Source: Podarcis pityusensis
Lineage: Eukaryota
Reading direction: 5' to 3' (one strand)
NCBI GenBank assembly: GCA_964106645.2
Contig: OZ067038.1
Length of the DNA: 64,000 nt
The translations under genes were made by a program, and so were the position numbers. Positions 39,590 to 54,056 of this stretch are shown here, one piece after another; within the stretch, counting starts at the first letter, position 1, and every line of letters begins with the position of its first letter. A model generated the notes under the pieces. The model ran no database searches, was not told where the DNA came from, and saw nothing but the letters and a program-made list of their open reading frames with translations.

Positions 39590-40352
39590 CTGAAAAATAA
39601 AGCAAGAAAAGAGGAGCTCATTTAGGACATACAATATGAACTGCACAGCACCTTGATTCATCCTGAGAAAAGTTCTGATGCTATTACTCCGTGGTACAAA
39701 TATCCCTGCTTCCACAGCACCTTGGAAGCCTACAGAGCAAGTCACTCAAAGCATGCAAGGAGACGACACACGTATTATGGTGCAAATACATCATATTGCC
39801 CTTTCACATGATGGCATATAGTACAAAGTAGAATGTTTCTCTTTAAACAGACAAGCACAACTGAAGATGTAGAGAACATAGACCTATTATCATCAGCATG
39901 TCTCTCTTTAACCAGGCTAAAGCCTCCAACTTAAAATAAGGCTGTCAAATCAGCATGAGCTGACTATATCTACAGCTTGTGTCTACCCTAAACATACTGC
40001 ACTATGTCGTATCATGGAAAGTTATCCACTCCTTTGTGCAGGGGGAAGGGAGAAGAAACTTTTCAGGTAGAGGCAATGTACATGCTTGATGATGTATTAT
40101 TTAAGTTCAAACACACTGAATAGCTTAGTCCTCATTGGAAATACGTACATAACTGAATTAATTTACAACAATTATTCTTTATTAATTTACTACTTCTTTT
40201 TGTTACTGCTCTACTGCTTCCTCACTCACCCATCAAGTTCTAGCTGTAAGCTCCTTGAAGCAAGAGTTGACATTTTTAGTTCTGTTGCATTGAACTATGC
40301 ACATTTATGGCATCCATTATAATAAATGTACTGGATTACCAACCATATAGAA

Positions 40353-40602
40353 CAGGGGTCAGCAAACTTTTTCAGCAGGGGGCCGGTCTACTGTCCCTCA
40401 GACCTTGGGGGGGCAGACTATATTTTTTGGGGGGTGAGGAGAACGAATTCCTATGCCCCACAAATAACCCAGAGATGCATTTTAAATAAAAGGACACATT
40501 CTACTCATGTAAAAACACGCTGATTCCTGGACTGTCCGCAGGCCAGATTGAGAAGGCGACTGGGCCACATCCGGCCCCTGGGCCTTGGTTTGCTTACCCC
40601 TG
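40353..40602. mobile_element. hAT MITE, 250 bp; same left end as the 3280 element
   Basis: TIRs CAGGGGTCAGCAAAC ... GTTTGCTTACCCCTG; 8-bp TSD atatagaa / atctagaa; first ~75 bp nearly identical to 3280-3355. Confidence 0.88.
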
Positions 40603-42078
40603 ATCTAGAATAATAAGTCTTGCTGAAGCAAAACCAGCATGGCTTTTGAAAGGGTAATCTGCCCTGCCTCCTGGATATGGAGAACGTTCTTCTTGGAACA
40701 GCAACAGCTAGCCAAAGTTATGGGGTAAGCTAGTTAGCATATGTCTATGTTGTTTTCTTCTGTTGGATTCTGGACCTCATAATCTGTTTACTCCAAATAG
40801 GTTTAAGCTTCAAAATTAGTAATATGCTTCTTCTATGTTTTCTCTGGTCAGAATAATCATCCCAGCAGCAAAGCCAGAAAGAACAATCTCTCTGTTAACA
40901 AATATATTAGCTGGTAGCAGTGAAAACCCCGATATAAGAACTGATTCCCTTGTTTCTGACTGTTACCACCCATGTCCTCAAGGTCTGGGTTTGAGTAATA
41001 CTAGAGTGACTTTCCTCCCCCATATGCAAATACTATGTTAAATGCATAAAATAAAATATACAATGCAATATGAATGTGAATGATCTTCACACCCACAGAC
41101 AAGAAGAGCAGGCATCAAATTAGGTCATATTTTCTGCATGTGTTCCTAGTTATAAAATTAACTTGGATTTTTAATGTTGAAACAAAGAATGTATATATAA
41201 ACCACTCAGCATATTAAAGGCAACCACTATTTCTACAGCAAATATTTATATTACCAAATGAGGGAAAACGTTTAGAGGACGAGCCAAATGTTCCAACCAA
41301 AATTAAGCAGTTTTAAGCTCAAAGGAAAGAGTAAAGAAGATGAATAAATCACTCCAACTTAAATGAATGAAACCAAGAGTTTGACTTGAGTTGGACTGTT
41401 CCCTAGACTTGAGATCTTCAAAAACACTGGTGCTTGGAAGTCTAAGCCAGCTGCACAGACAAAGCATGAAAGTTTGGCAATGGAAAAACTGAAAGTCTTA
41501 ATTCCAAGAGTACCAAACACATTGTTCATAAGTACTGTTTTAAACAATGTTTAAACAATGTTTAGGTACTGTCTGAACCCTGAAAAGACCTAGTGGCTTA
41601 GTGCTTTGCCCTAAGAGAGGAGACTATAAATTGTGTTAAAAATGACATATTTCAACTCAATTAAATGCTTATGGACACTATGGGCAGAATAGTTCCACTG
41701 GTGAAAGCCTGCACAAGGGCTTCCATTAATGCAATGGGGCTTCCCCTGGTTTCCTCAACTTGTACCCAAGATGCCTCCCCCCAAAAAAAAATTGGCTTGG
41801 GAGAACTCTCAGAGTAGTGTATGTTGGAATGGGGGCTCATTCCATCTGGCAAGCTGAAAAGTGTGTGCTGACAGAATGATTGTTGTAACTGCTATGCTGA
41901 ATTTCTCCCATGACTACTTAAAATTTGAGAAATACTGATATATGTACCTAAAGCTAAAGAGCCCTATGGACATTTCTATGGCATATACTGTACAAATAGC
42001 AGCTGAAAGCCAATTACTTTGATAATTGAACCCAAGTAAGTGGGCTGAAGAATAAGAAATTAGAACCAGTTTCTACTG

Positions 42079-42170
42079 TAAAAAGGTAAAGGGACCCCTG
42101 ACCATTAGGTCCAGTCACGGACGACTCTGGGGTTGCGGCGCTTTACTGGCCGAGGGAGCTGGCATACAGC
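42079..42170 (-). mobile_element. Sauria SINE (Squam1) 3' fragment
   Basis: aaaggtaaagggacccctgaccattaggtccagtc..gactctggggttgcggcg is the reverse complement of the Sauria SINE 3' end with its ACCTTT tail. Confidence 0.85.
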
Positions 42171-42229
42171 CCTACTCAATTGTTGAAGTGGGCATGGAAA
42201 TTTCTAATACTGAGACACATCTCCCCGCC

Positions 42230-42272
<43 letters not shown>
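42230..42272. repeat. Compound (TA)n(CA)n microsatellite
   Basis: Read directly. Confidence 0.95.
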
Positions 42273-42274
<2 letters not shown>

Positions 42275-43021
42275 CCACAGCACAGCGGTCAGTCATACAT
42301 TTCATTTTTAAATATCTCAAGAAATATTTGTAGCCATGGGATAGTGGTTAGAATGTCATAACACGGTTTCATTAAGATGAAAGAATTTTGTTCCAAAAAA
42401 TCATCTACAAAGAAATATGCAAAGTAAATCTGAGTCCTGTTTCAACACTAGTGAGGCCGATTTGCAGAAGAGCCTTATCCAAAATAACATGTGCAATAAA
42501 TTGGAGGATGGGAGCATTAGGACACACAATAGGGCAGGAGTGGGAAGACTCTGTCAATATTATCCTATATTATCCCAAGTCCCACTTTGTGGAAAGCGCC
42601 TAGTTAATATTGGTGAACTGCATAATCAAGGAAAAGAAGTCATCTGCATGGTGCAGCAGCCCCTTGGTACTGCAGCAACAGTCCGCTAACCACCGCCGGG
42701 TACTGCTGGTAGAGGGACTTGCTCCACCACCAGTGTCCAGCACATAGAAGAACAAGCTGCATGACACTGGGGCAAATGCAGCTCATTTTTCCCTCCGTGC
42801 ACTGCTGGGTCGGGACCAATGCAGCTCCTTCCTCTGCCTAACAGTTATCTTGTCCAGTACACATTTTACTGGCTTTACCCTGCAATATGAGGGATTTTGT
42901 CAAAAGCCTTCCTGAAATCAAGATACAACCCTCTAGCATCTGATGAGAAAAAGAAAGCTTCTCCTTTTACATAGGGGCATTGCTACAATTAGGGGCCAAA
43001 GCAGATAGTGAGGCAGCTGTA

Positions 43022-43303
43022 TAGATCCAGCGCCGAGGGCTTTCTGGCGGCTCCCTCATTGCGATGTGATGTTACAGGGAACCTAGACAGAGGGCCTTCT
43101 CGGTAGTGGCGCCCACCCTATGGAATGCCCTCCCTTCGGATGTGAAGGAAATAAGCAGCTATCCTATCTTTAAAAGACATCTGAAGGCAGCCCTGTTTAG
43201 GGAAGTTTTTAATATTTAATGCTGTATTGTTTTTAACACTCAATTGGGAGCTGCCCAGAGTGGCTGGGGAGACTCAGACAGATGGGTGGGGTATAAATAA
43301 TAA

Positions 43304-43343
<40 letters not shown>
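43022..43343 (+). mobile_element. L2-clade LINE 3' end with (TTA)n tail
   Basis: agggccttctcggtagtggcgcccaccctatggaatgccctccc encodes RAFSVVAPTLWNALP, followed by FKRHLKAALF, a 3' UTR and a microsatellite tail. Confidence 0.82.
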
Positions 43344-43344
<1 letters not shown>

Positions 43345-44107
43345 AACGACCTGCCCTCCCGCAAAGTGTAGGTAACCCATTGCCCTCAAACCTTATTTTA
43401 TGCAGGTCATTGAGGAAAAAGGGGGAAGGGGGGGTGACAGAAGAGACAAACGGCTTTTGACTCTGCCCACCACCACGGTGCAGCCTCCAACAGATTCTAT
43501 CAGAAGTAGCATGACCCACAGCAAAGATTGCCTGATCCTGTTGTGGAATGGGTGCTGGAATTTAGAGCCATGTTCCCAGGGAGGACACACCCTTCTTCAA
43601 CTATGCAGTGGCTCAGCTCCCTTCATTTTTCTCCTAGCAGGGAATCAGATGCCAAAAGTGATCCTGGTTGAGAGAAAAATGATTAAGACAGCCGAGCTGC
43701 AGTGACATAAACCTCAGGAAGGGGATGGTTCAGCTCTCCTAATCTGGACAACCCTTTTGCTTAAAACACATGCCCCCTTTTAAACTATTGAGGAGGACCA
43801 TGTTATGTTTAAACACACAGGACTGCCCTAGTTTGGCCTTTGAACAGAAGCAGACTGTCTTAAGGATGCATCTTCCTGTACAAGACATGCAATGCAATCC
43901 TATGCTTATTTGCTTAGAGGTTTTACAGTGCTATCCTCTGCATAACTTGCTTGGAAGTAAGTCTCACTGGTCTAAATGAAGCCAACTACCTACTAGTGTT
44001 AGAAACTCAGATAAATAATTTAATCGCCAAATGGCACCTTAAACCTAGGGTTATGGTCGCCACAATCAAATGTCTAGGCACAGGTTGTTGGGGTTTTTTG
44101 CGATTGA

Positions 44108-44140
<33 letters not shown>

Positions 44141-44159
44141 TGTTATTGTTATTATTATT
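44108..44159. repeat. (AAT)n followed by an imperfect (TTA/TTG)n, i.e. an inverted microsatellite pair
   Basis: Read directly. Confidence 0.9.
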
Positions 44160-47100
44160 TTCATTTCTATACTGCTTTATACTTTAAAGAACAAATCTCA
44201 AAGAACAAATCTTTAGAACACATTAAAACAGAAAATAAAACAATCCTGAACAAAATAAATGCAAGCTTCAAGGTAAATATTTCAGATCCTTCTCTAAGTG
44301 AATTTTTGCTTTCCCCAGTCACCAACTTGGCATCCAGGGATTGCCACATGATTGCAATTGGACCTATGCCAGTCACAAAATGTGCCTGGTGCCTGACTAG
44401 CTTCTAGCACTGCTTCCTACATAGGGTGCACAAGATTGCCACTCTGTACCCTGAACTGTGGTCTAGAGGTCTAACAATATTCTCAGCATGCTTCACAGTA
44501 TGTCATTCATTTCCAGGGTTTTAAAGCCACAGCAGTTAAAAATGTAAGAAAACCATCACACATCTGTAGTAAAGCTAAGACCTCAGACACAATTATGCTC
44601 TGTATACCTAACCTGCAATAGATGTTAGGAGGATGCACCAGACTTAACTTGTCACTAGAGTGAGGCCACCTTCTTCCAAAAAGAAAGAAGGCAATGTTAG
44701 ATGTCCAGATGTAATAGATTCACTAAGTTAGCCAAGTTAATTAGCCAATGATTTATGACTCCTGCCCCTTACTAGGGAATTAAATCTGAAATGTTGCATA
44801 CTAGCATGGACAGATAGTAATCTACCATTCTCCAAAAGCAAATGCTAGTTTATTACATTTAATAAGCTGGATATAAAGGCTAATTGTATTTTCTTAACTT
44901 TGGTAAGGAGATTGTTTTCAGTACCCAAGTAATCTAATATATGATTTGGTTGAAGGAGAGTCTGCACTATGGGGAAATTGTCTCAGAATGAAGTACTAGC
45001 TGAATATTTGGATGATCTGAACAATCTTGCCATTGGCATTCAGCTTGCGACAAGGAATTAAACGTGAAGTATCAGCTTTAATCCACTTAACTGCCGTGCC
45101 TTTCATTAAGCCAGTGTCTTGACGTACAAAGACCAGCAGGTGTAGTTTTAAAATATAAGATGAGATGAAGCGTTTTGCCCAAGATACCTAAATTAGTGTG
45201 AGTGTCTGCATGTCCAAAATGCCCCTGAATTTGAGAACAAAGGTCTGAAGTAAAGTAGTAATTGCCCTTCACTTAAATGCTGCCAGATCACTTCATCAGT
45301 TTACTCCATTTGGTATGAAACTAAGGGTTTTCGTATATAGCTTGAGTTAACACGCGGGCAGCAGAGGTGTGGTCTTTCAAAAGCTTCATGGCAAAGTGAG
45401 ACCTTAAGCTTGGGTTGCCCCACACTTCATCCTGCAATCTAACCACTACAATTCACGTTAACTACTTTCTGCTAGAAAGCATTTTTAAGAACTGAAAGAA
45501 GTAGTAACAACTTTACTCTAGTAACTTTTTATCCAGTTGTTTCGATGCAGATTTCAAGTGTTGTTTTTTTTTTAAAAATGTTTTGGGGTTGTTGGTTTTT
45601 TTTAAAAATAGAGGAGGAGGAGGAGGAGGAGGAGGCGCACCCCCCTTTAGCTTCTACTTATGAGGCAGTGTTTACATTAGGGCTGAAAGGTTTAACACGT
45701 TTAAAGATAAACCAACTAAATCCTTAACCACAGATATGCCAAGCACCCTCATTGTCCAAGGACAGACTACCACATTAGATACTCACTAGTATGGAACTAA
45801 GAGGAACCTGTGTGAGCAGAAAGCACTCCTGTGTTTTATTTATTTGTTCAAGTTTTTTCATGTTCTTTTCCTGATTTCCATAGGCTCACGACTCCTCTCC
45901 CTGCAGCAGCAGCAGCCTCATATGTGAGTGCAGAGTGGAGAAAATCCCTGTGTTGTGAGTTCAAAGCCACTTGTGATTTATAGGATTCGAATTCAGTTGC
46001 CCCCTGTACCTCACAGTCCATGCTTTATTAAGCTGTCACCTAGCACAGCTTCAAATTATTAGAATTTATTTTATTTGTATTTGGCTCATTTAGAAAAAAA
46101 GGTGTAAACCATTTAATTTAAAAAAAGCTAAGCTGTGTACATAAAATAATATAAAACACCACCACCAGATAAAATTAGCAAAGTTTTTTTTTAAAAAAGC
46201 AAAAAAAAAACAGGTACACATCACCAAATATTCTAATTGACCAGCTTCTAGAGAGCATAGTAGCCACATTAGTGTGCTTCAGCCTTGTTATATTTTAAAG
46301 ACTAATGGATTTATTATGGCAGAAGCTTTTGTGGACTACAGTCTGCTTGTAGAATTCCCACTGCTACTGGGAGCAATTTGAAGCACTCTCCACTTGGCAG
46401 GTGTTGCAAATTCAATGGTCACCAAGAAAGGGGAGGTTTGCGTGCCATGCTGTTAACTATGGCTCATAATTATGAAGGGAAAACCAGAAAGAGATGAACA
46501 TGGTACCTAATAGTAAAACAGAATTTTCAAAATTTCAAAGGAATTGTATGGCTTGGATACAGAGTTCCTGATGAGTGAAACTTTGCTTGTGGAATGCTGC
46601 TGGAGGAGGATGGGGCAGAAGATTTTCAGTGATTCCTCTTGCAGTACCCTGTAAAACCTTATTATCCAGAGGGTTGAGCAGCTCTTAGGAACAGAGTGAG
46701 AGATGGTGTACAGGACTGCAGGGGGGTATGGTGTGTGTGTGGGGGGGGTGGGTGAATGGCCTCTCTTTGTATTCTTCCCCTGGGAGCTGCTGCTGGATCT
46801 CAACCTCTTCTGTTCACAGAAGGGACATTTGCCAGTCTTGAGTGTTTATTTAAAGAGATTGATTCTAAGGTTGCAATTCTATCTCCAGTTACCTGGAGTA
46901 GAATTAAGTAGATATGTTTCTGAAAAGATATGGTTAGGATTTCCCTGTAAGATGGCTAGCAAAACACAAATAAAACCACTCTTAAAATGCTAACATCAAT
47001 TACCATTTAAAAACTAACGCCAACAATAAAAACAGCAGATTAAAAACCGGAAGGAAAGCAGCCACAACACAAGACAAACAGCAGAAATAAAAGTATTCAT

Positions 47101-47304
47101 TAAAGGAGAAAATAAATATGCCTTAAATAGTGCTTACTGCACCACCAAATTTGGTGCCACCTGAGGGTCCCTGGGGATGGCACAACCAGGGTGGTTGCCA
47201 TTTTTGCTGGTGGAAGCACTTCCAGGGGGTCCTTGGATGCAGATCTTAATAATCAAGCAAGCTCTATAGAGCAAGGTGATCCTTCAGATACTGCATATTA
47301 ACAA

Positions 47305-47422
47305 CAGTATTGTAGAGTTGGAATGGACCACAAGAGTCATCTTGTCCAAACCCCCGAAATTCAGGAATCTTTTTGTCCATGAACCTGGGATTGAATATTG
47401 CATGCCCTACCAACTGAGCTAC
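47305..47422 (-). mobile_element. tRNA-derived SINE with CR1-type tail (Squam2/POM-like)
   Basis: Minus strand reads gtagctcagttggtagggcatg...gggtttggacaagatgactcttgtggtccattccaactctacaat. Confidence 0.65.
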
Positions 47423-49574
47423 GTTGAGCTCAAAGCGGCTCACAATAGCAGTAAAAAACAAACATTGCAATCACTCTAATATCAAAAACAGCTTAAAGCA
47501 AACAACAACAACAAATTCATCAAAACAATTAGTACAATTTAACAAAGTTATACTAATACGTCACTGAGGAATTTATGGGAATAAATAGGCTGGCAAAGGT
47601 TTTGTGCATAGGTGCAATTTCATCCCTGTATATTCAGAAAATTATTTTTCCACCTCCAAGCATGAACAAAATAGAAACAAGCCAGATCCTGTGATAGCCA
47701 AAAAATCCATCTGTGGTCTAATCCTGTGACAAAACAACCTAGCAACAATCCCAGCGCCATCAATACTATAGGCTGGGTTTGCCAAAGAAGCAGATGCATC
47801 TTATAATAGATATCCTTGGCACACAATTTTTGCTTCATAATGGCCGTTTTAAGAGGAAAGAGAAGAATAACAGGATGTACATGTAGTTTGAGGAGGCCAG
47901 TCATTCATAGAAAATGTACTAAAAAAAAGTACACTAATGCCCAACTATTTGTAGTTGTCATACAGATTTCCCACTAATGACTTGTACAGTGTGGCTCATG
48001 CTATCTGAATTCTTTCAGAGACAATTCCAACACAAACTTCACAGATAAGATACTCTGAATCAATCATGTTTGTTTGCACTGAACATGGAACCTTTGCCTC
48101 TTCCTGATGGGCACAGAAAAGGCTATTACGCTTTTGCCATTTTTCTGAAAGAAAATCTGTTCCAGTTACTCAGAACTATCAGGGAATGGTAAATATTTGT
48201 GCTGAATTTCACATTAGGCAGCTGTAACAAGATTTTAACTTTAGCAAAACTGTCATCAGTTCTACAGCAGAGTTCCTGAATCAAATTTTTGTCAATTTCA
48301 ACATGTCTTCCTGATGCACACTAAATGCTAAAATACTTTTTTACAACTTCCATTCTCTTAAGAGATGGTGGAGCATTATATTTTGTTCCATTTACATTTA
48401 AATCTTGGACCCAGAGTCAAACACAAAGAACATGAAATATTGTAGACAACATGTCATAGAGATGTCTCCAACACTTTCTGGCAGATGTATCTTAAATAAA
48501 GGCTTTAATAGTTATGTTAGTCATGTATTACAAAAAATTATCCATCATTTCACTGGCAGTGTACTGTTTTTCTGGGAAAGCTGGTTGCTCAAAAGGGTTT
48601 GCAAAGCTTGGAATTTTTGCTCTACTTACAAATACTGTACTATAAATTTCTTAAATGAAATCGTGTAGCTTCTAAAATGTGATATTACTGGATGTGGTAC
48701 TATTATTTTTAGGTCTGACTTTTATTTTGGTTTTTGGTGCTAACTAAAAATTCCAAATTTTTGGAACTCTCCTCCCTTGGTGATGTCTTTTTTTCCAAAA
48801 AGGCATTGCAACAATTCCTCTTGCCTCTGAAATTATGAACCACAAACTGCAAAGCTTCAAATTCTGCACAAAGATACCATTCCAAACAGCATCACCATGC
48901 ACCAGCTCCTTTTTTAATGAATGGGTTTTGTGAGAGAATAAGTCATTGATGGAATGCACCATAAAATTAGAAGAACCTTGCCAAATATTAGTGACAACCT
49001 GAGCCATGTTAGTTGAAAATTTACCCCAAATTTTGTTATGTCAGCCACTATTTGGTAATTGTTCCAGTTATTATCCAGTTTTCAGAAATGCTTTTTAACT
49101 GTTCTGAAGACATTGTTTAGGTGACTATACCTCAACATGTCCTGCATATGAGCACAGATTGCTTGAAATTTATCATTCACTTGAATAAATTATTTAGTAT
49201 TCAAATTTCAAGAAACACACTTGGGAAGTTACAGAATAGTTACTTTGGTTCAGAGACCTTGTGCATGTGATTTGAAAATGCACTACCTGAAGCAAAAACA
49301 CACTAAGCAATCAGCTGAGTAGAAGCAGATGGGGATGTTGTGATCTTATTAGCACCAAACAAGTCTTGTATACATCTGTGAACTGCACACGGATGCAAAT
49401 GTGATTCCCAGATGTATTAGGGGGGAAAATGATGTAGCAACCAGAGTGTCCCTGTAATCACAGAAGTCTTTGCATCTGCCATCTCCAAAGCACGGCATAC
49501 TGCTTCAGCTTGCTGTATCACTGTGCCTATACTTATCCTTTTTTTGGATTAGGTATTTATCACAAATTAATAAA

Positions 49575-50756
49575 ACTGTATTTTATTTTACTTTTTATTA
49601 AATTCCTATACTGCCCATCACCCAACGATCACAGAGCGGTTTACAATATAGAAGCACAAAAATTATATAGCATAATAACAAACAAAAACAATACCCCCCA
49701 CATAGTTTTAAAGGCCATAGATTGTTAAATTAGCCTAACGCCTGGGAGAAGAGGAATGTTTTAGCCTGGCATCCCTAGGGAGAGCATTCCACAAGTGGGA
49801 ATCCACGGCAAGAAAGGCCCGCTCTCATGTTGGTGGTGCTTTCTGGACTTCTTGTGGAGGAGGTACACAAAGAAGGGTCTCAGATGATGATCACAGGGAC
49901 TGGAAAGGTGCATATGAGAAGAGGTGGTCCTTGACGTATTGTGGTCCTGAGTTGTTCATGGCTTTGTAGGTCAAAATCAGCACTTTGAATTGGGCCTGAA
50001 AAATAACTGGCAGCCAGTGCAGTCGGCCCATAGTTGGCATTCTATGCTTAAGCCATCTTGCCCCAGTGAGCAACCTGGCTGGTGAATTCTGCACCAGATA
50101 AATTTTTTTACCATCTTCAGAGGCAGCCCCATGTATAACACATTGCAGTGATCTAACCTAGTGATTACTAGAGCATAGACAACATAGGTTAGGCTCTCCC
50201 TGTCTAGATATGGGCACAGCTGGGCCACCAGCCAAAACTGATATAGGGCCCCCTGCACAATTGATGCTACTTGAGCCTCAAGCGACAGCAAGAGATCCAG
50301 TAGTACCCCCAGGCTGTGCACCTGGTCCTTCAAAGGGACTGCAACCCCATCAGTAACAGGCATCCTCCCATCCATGCAGTCTACGGAACTACTGACTAAC
50401 AGTGCCTCAGTCTTATCTGGATTTATCTTCAGTTCACCAGCTCTCATCTAGTTCATTACTGAAGCAAGACAACCCCACTCAGTGGTTTCATGTAGATGTT
50501 AAACAGTATAGGGGATAAAATCGATCCCTGAGGAATCCCACACTGAAGGCCCCACGAAACCGAAAAGCACCACCCAAGCATCACCCTCTGGAAACACCCA
50601 TCCAAGTAAGACCAGAACCACTGCAATTTGGTGCCACCCACTCCTAACTCATCAACAACCGCTCCAGAAGGAAACCATGGATGATGGCATCAAAAGCCAC
50701 TGAGAGGTTGAGGAGAATTAACAAGGACACATTTTCCCTGTCTCTCTCCCGACAGT
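49575..50756 (-). mobile_element. L2-clade LINE, 5'-truncated, disrupted reverse transcriptase
   Basis: ORF pieces LLILLNLSVAFDAI.HG.LLERL, GIPQGSILSPILFNIYMKPL, LKINPDKTE, LGVLLD..LSLEAQV, RLDHCN.LY.GLP and LHWLPV..QAQFKVL.LTYKA in successive frames. Confidence 0.92.
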
Positions 50757-53700
50757 GCAGTACTACCTGAGAGAACATTGGGATAAAGCCAAATATCATT
50801 AAACTGTAGGCACCAACTACAGGCTTTGGCACCATCTACAGCTTCACCAATATATGTTAAGGAATTTATGAAAGAAACAATGGGTAGGAGGGAAAATAAC
50901 TTATTTCGATATTGCAACTTGTTTAGAAGTAAGCATCTCCTTATCATGAAACATTAGAAATAAGCTTCAAGAAATGGGTAGTGGTTTATTTGTCCTCTGG
51001 CCCCTCAGCAGGTTACCTCCAGAGGCTTTGGAATAGATTCTTCCCCCCTGGAGGACCAGAACCTGTGGATTCGATCCAATATACACATCCAGTTAAAAAT
51101 ACATGTGCCAAAACTCTTGGGCAATATGACCTTCATTAATGTCCAACAGATTTTTCAATCAATATTTTGTAAAAGGAGGCAGTTTCAGCAAAAATGTATT
51201 CAGTGTTAATTTACTTGGAACTTCTCTACCAAAAAGTTTCAGAATACCCGTGAAAAGGATTAGAGGACAATGATTACTAATGAAGATGGGTAGTGTACCT
51301 TTGGTTCTTTTCCACTGGCAGTTTATCATTCTTATTTCACACTGCTCTTTAGCAAGGCAGACTAAAAACAAAATTTAAAAGATTTTGATTAATTAATCAA
51401 AACAGAAGCACTTGCTACAATGAACAAGAAATTCTAATATAATGTATATGTAATACAAACAGACCAGAAGCAATTCTCAGTGAGATCAACTTGTCCCTCA
51501 ATTAACTAGGTACAAGGAAGCAATTACTCTGAAGTGGCTGGGTTCATACTTTGGCCAAGCCACACAGGGGACCTAGTTGCTCAGGGATAACCAGCCAGAA
51601 GCACAAAACAAGCTCTAGATACAAATATTCAGTAAGAAGCTGGTGTGTCAGACAATCCACATGATCCCAACACTTGCCTCAAAACTGTGGTCAGTTGTGG
51701 TTTGAAGCTTTACATCATCTGATGCAAATAAAGAAAACCCGAAATTCTAGAATACCATATTGAAACCAAGTCAGCCTCATAAATCCTTTCAATAAGTGCA
51801 GCTTCTAGGCTACCTCAACCTTCATTAGAATATTTAGCTACTCCAACATTGATTAGCCACCGTATTATAAATGTACAAGGACAGCTTTGTCACCTAATCA
51901 AAGGGTATACTTGTAGTCTTCCAAAGAATGAATTAGTGCCCTATTACCATTGCAGAAGTTACCATACCTGCTGCTCCTACCCATCTTCCAGTAGCAACAC
52001 AACTACATATGTCCATCAAGAGTTGCAAATCTAATTATGTAATTGCACCATGTTTTCCATTAAAGCATCTCAACAACTATATGTGGACTCCCAGAAGTTG
52101 TCAGACTCCAACTCTAATCAGCACCACTCAGCATGGTCAATGGTGAGGGATAATGGGAGTTGTTGCCCACCAACGTCTAGAAGGCAAAGGTTCACCATCC
52201 CTGCTACAGGTCTTTTTTGACAGGCTAAAAGATAGTAATATAAGCAAGGCTTCTATAACAGGTCATTGCAAGAGTCAGGGACCATGGAAATCAGTTATGT
52301 ATGCCATATATCACCTGCTAAGCATAAAGGATGTGCTTTGGGGAGAGTTGAACTGGTCTTGGAAAACACATACTTCATGCTGCAAATTTCCTGAACAAAA
52401 ACATGCCACTTTCAGACCTCAGTCTGAAGAGAAGTTTTCGCTGGCAGGAGGCCGAAGGTTTCCTCACATGTGTAGTGAATACATCATAGTCCAGGACTGT
52501 CCTGTCTTCTGTTTTGCAACCCAACAGAGCTCTTAACATACCATTAAAGGAAATAGTCCAAAAAGTGACAGTGTTGTAAAGGGGGAGAATGAAGGACGTC
52601 AATTGTCAGGTATAATACATTGTGAGTGAAATCGTAACTATACAAGAGATGCTTCTATGTTACCAAGTGGACTAGTACCAAGAAAGGATTTCCATCAGGT
52701 AGCACTGAAGGAGCTTTTGTAATCTGGAAGGAGACACGGTTCCCTGCCACCCTGCCCAAATAAAACAGGCCTTCAAATCCACCACAAAATTGCTAACAGA
52801 ATTTTGTGTTTGCAGACAGGTTAGTAATTATTATTTATGGCATTGCAACTTTTGTTGGCATATTGGCAATGATTCAATTAAGTCATAATGAACGAGTGTA
52901 CCAATGACTGCTCTGCACTTGTGAACACTATCTCCTTCTGGCTTTCCAAATACCGCAAATGTTAAGGGCATTATGTATTTTAGCTAAGTCTTCGTCTTGT
53001 TAGGATATTGATGTTCCTTGTTAAACTGGGTTTTTAAAGTTACAGTTTTTATGTGAAGCAGGATAAAGTCAAAACTGGCTAACACCTAGCTCAGACTCAA
53101 CGAACAGTTTGCACTGTCTAAAATTGCCAAATTGTTCAGATGCTCTTAAAGCAATTTAAGCATATATTTTAATCTGGCTCCTTGCTATCTTTTCCTACAT
53201 CTCACCAGAACAAGACTGAGTAGGTATTTTAGGAGGAGAGGATAGCGTAAGCATAAATGCAGCTGTAGAACAACACTAATTAAACCTGTATTAGGCTTGC
53301 AGCATTCTAGTTAATAGACAGTGCCGGTCTTACACTCCCTGCTGAATTAACAAATGGTTCTCCACCCACTTCTCTCATCTGTCTGCAGCACATCCCTTCC
53401 CTTTCCTGTTGCATCAGGAAACTGCAAATTGAGACGGTTCTGCACGGTGCAGCTAAATTTACCACACTGCAATGCAAGCATCTAACTTATCCTTCCCCTA
53501 TGGCAATGGCTTCAACCTTTTCTTTGAATTTAGTCAAGTGCAAAACCCCAGGCAAATTTCCTTAAGGAGAAAACATTCGTTATTTTGGAGAGAGAGAAAT
53601 TCATTTGGAAATACATTCTTTTGTTTTGAGATTTTTTTCTCTGGAGAATCTCCCTCCATAAAGTGAAAACAGCTGCTTGAGAGAGCAAGACAGAGGCCTC

Positions 53701-53789
53701 CTATACATGAAAACTTTATTGACTGTTGTTAGCTAGGGCTGTATTTCACACTGTGGTACACATCCTTGCTTCTTAGATATATTGGATTT

Positions 53790-53960
53790 GCTTCATACAA
53801 GAGCAGTCTATTTATCCACTTAGCTCGGTATTATTGTGATTGAAAATAGTTTGCCAGGGTCTCAGGCAGGGATTTTGCCCACCATCTGCTACCTAGAAAT
53901 ACCAGTATTATGGGACTTTCCACATGCAATGCATGAGATCTCCTACCAAGCTAGGACCAT
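53790..53960 (-). mobile_element. Squam3-like SINE, degenerate, reverse orientation
   Basis: tccacttagctcggtatt...ccagggtctcaggcaggg...catgcaatgcatgagatctcctaccaagcta mirrors the same SINE body and head. Confidence 0.55.
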
Positions 53961-53973
53961 GCACAACTAATTA

Positions 53974-54056
53974 CCGTATTTTTCACTCCATAAGACAAAC
54001 TTTTTCTCCTCCTAAAAAGTAAGGGGAAATGTCTGTGCGTCTTATGAAGCCAATGC
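53974..54056. mobile_element. Terminal fragment of the same Tc1/mariner-type MITE family
   Basis: TA|ccgtatttttcactccataagac...cctaaaaagtaaggggaaatgt.tgtgcgtcttatg matches 7140-7220 in inverted orientation. Confidence 0.7.

Noticed and set aside
49891-50835. Reverse-transcriptase ORF pieces as an active or domesticated RT system
   Set aside because: Split over several frames with stops, the catalytic YADD region appears deleted, and it is 5'-truncated: an ordinary dead L2.
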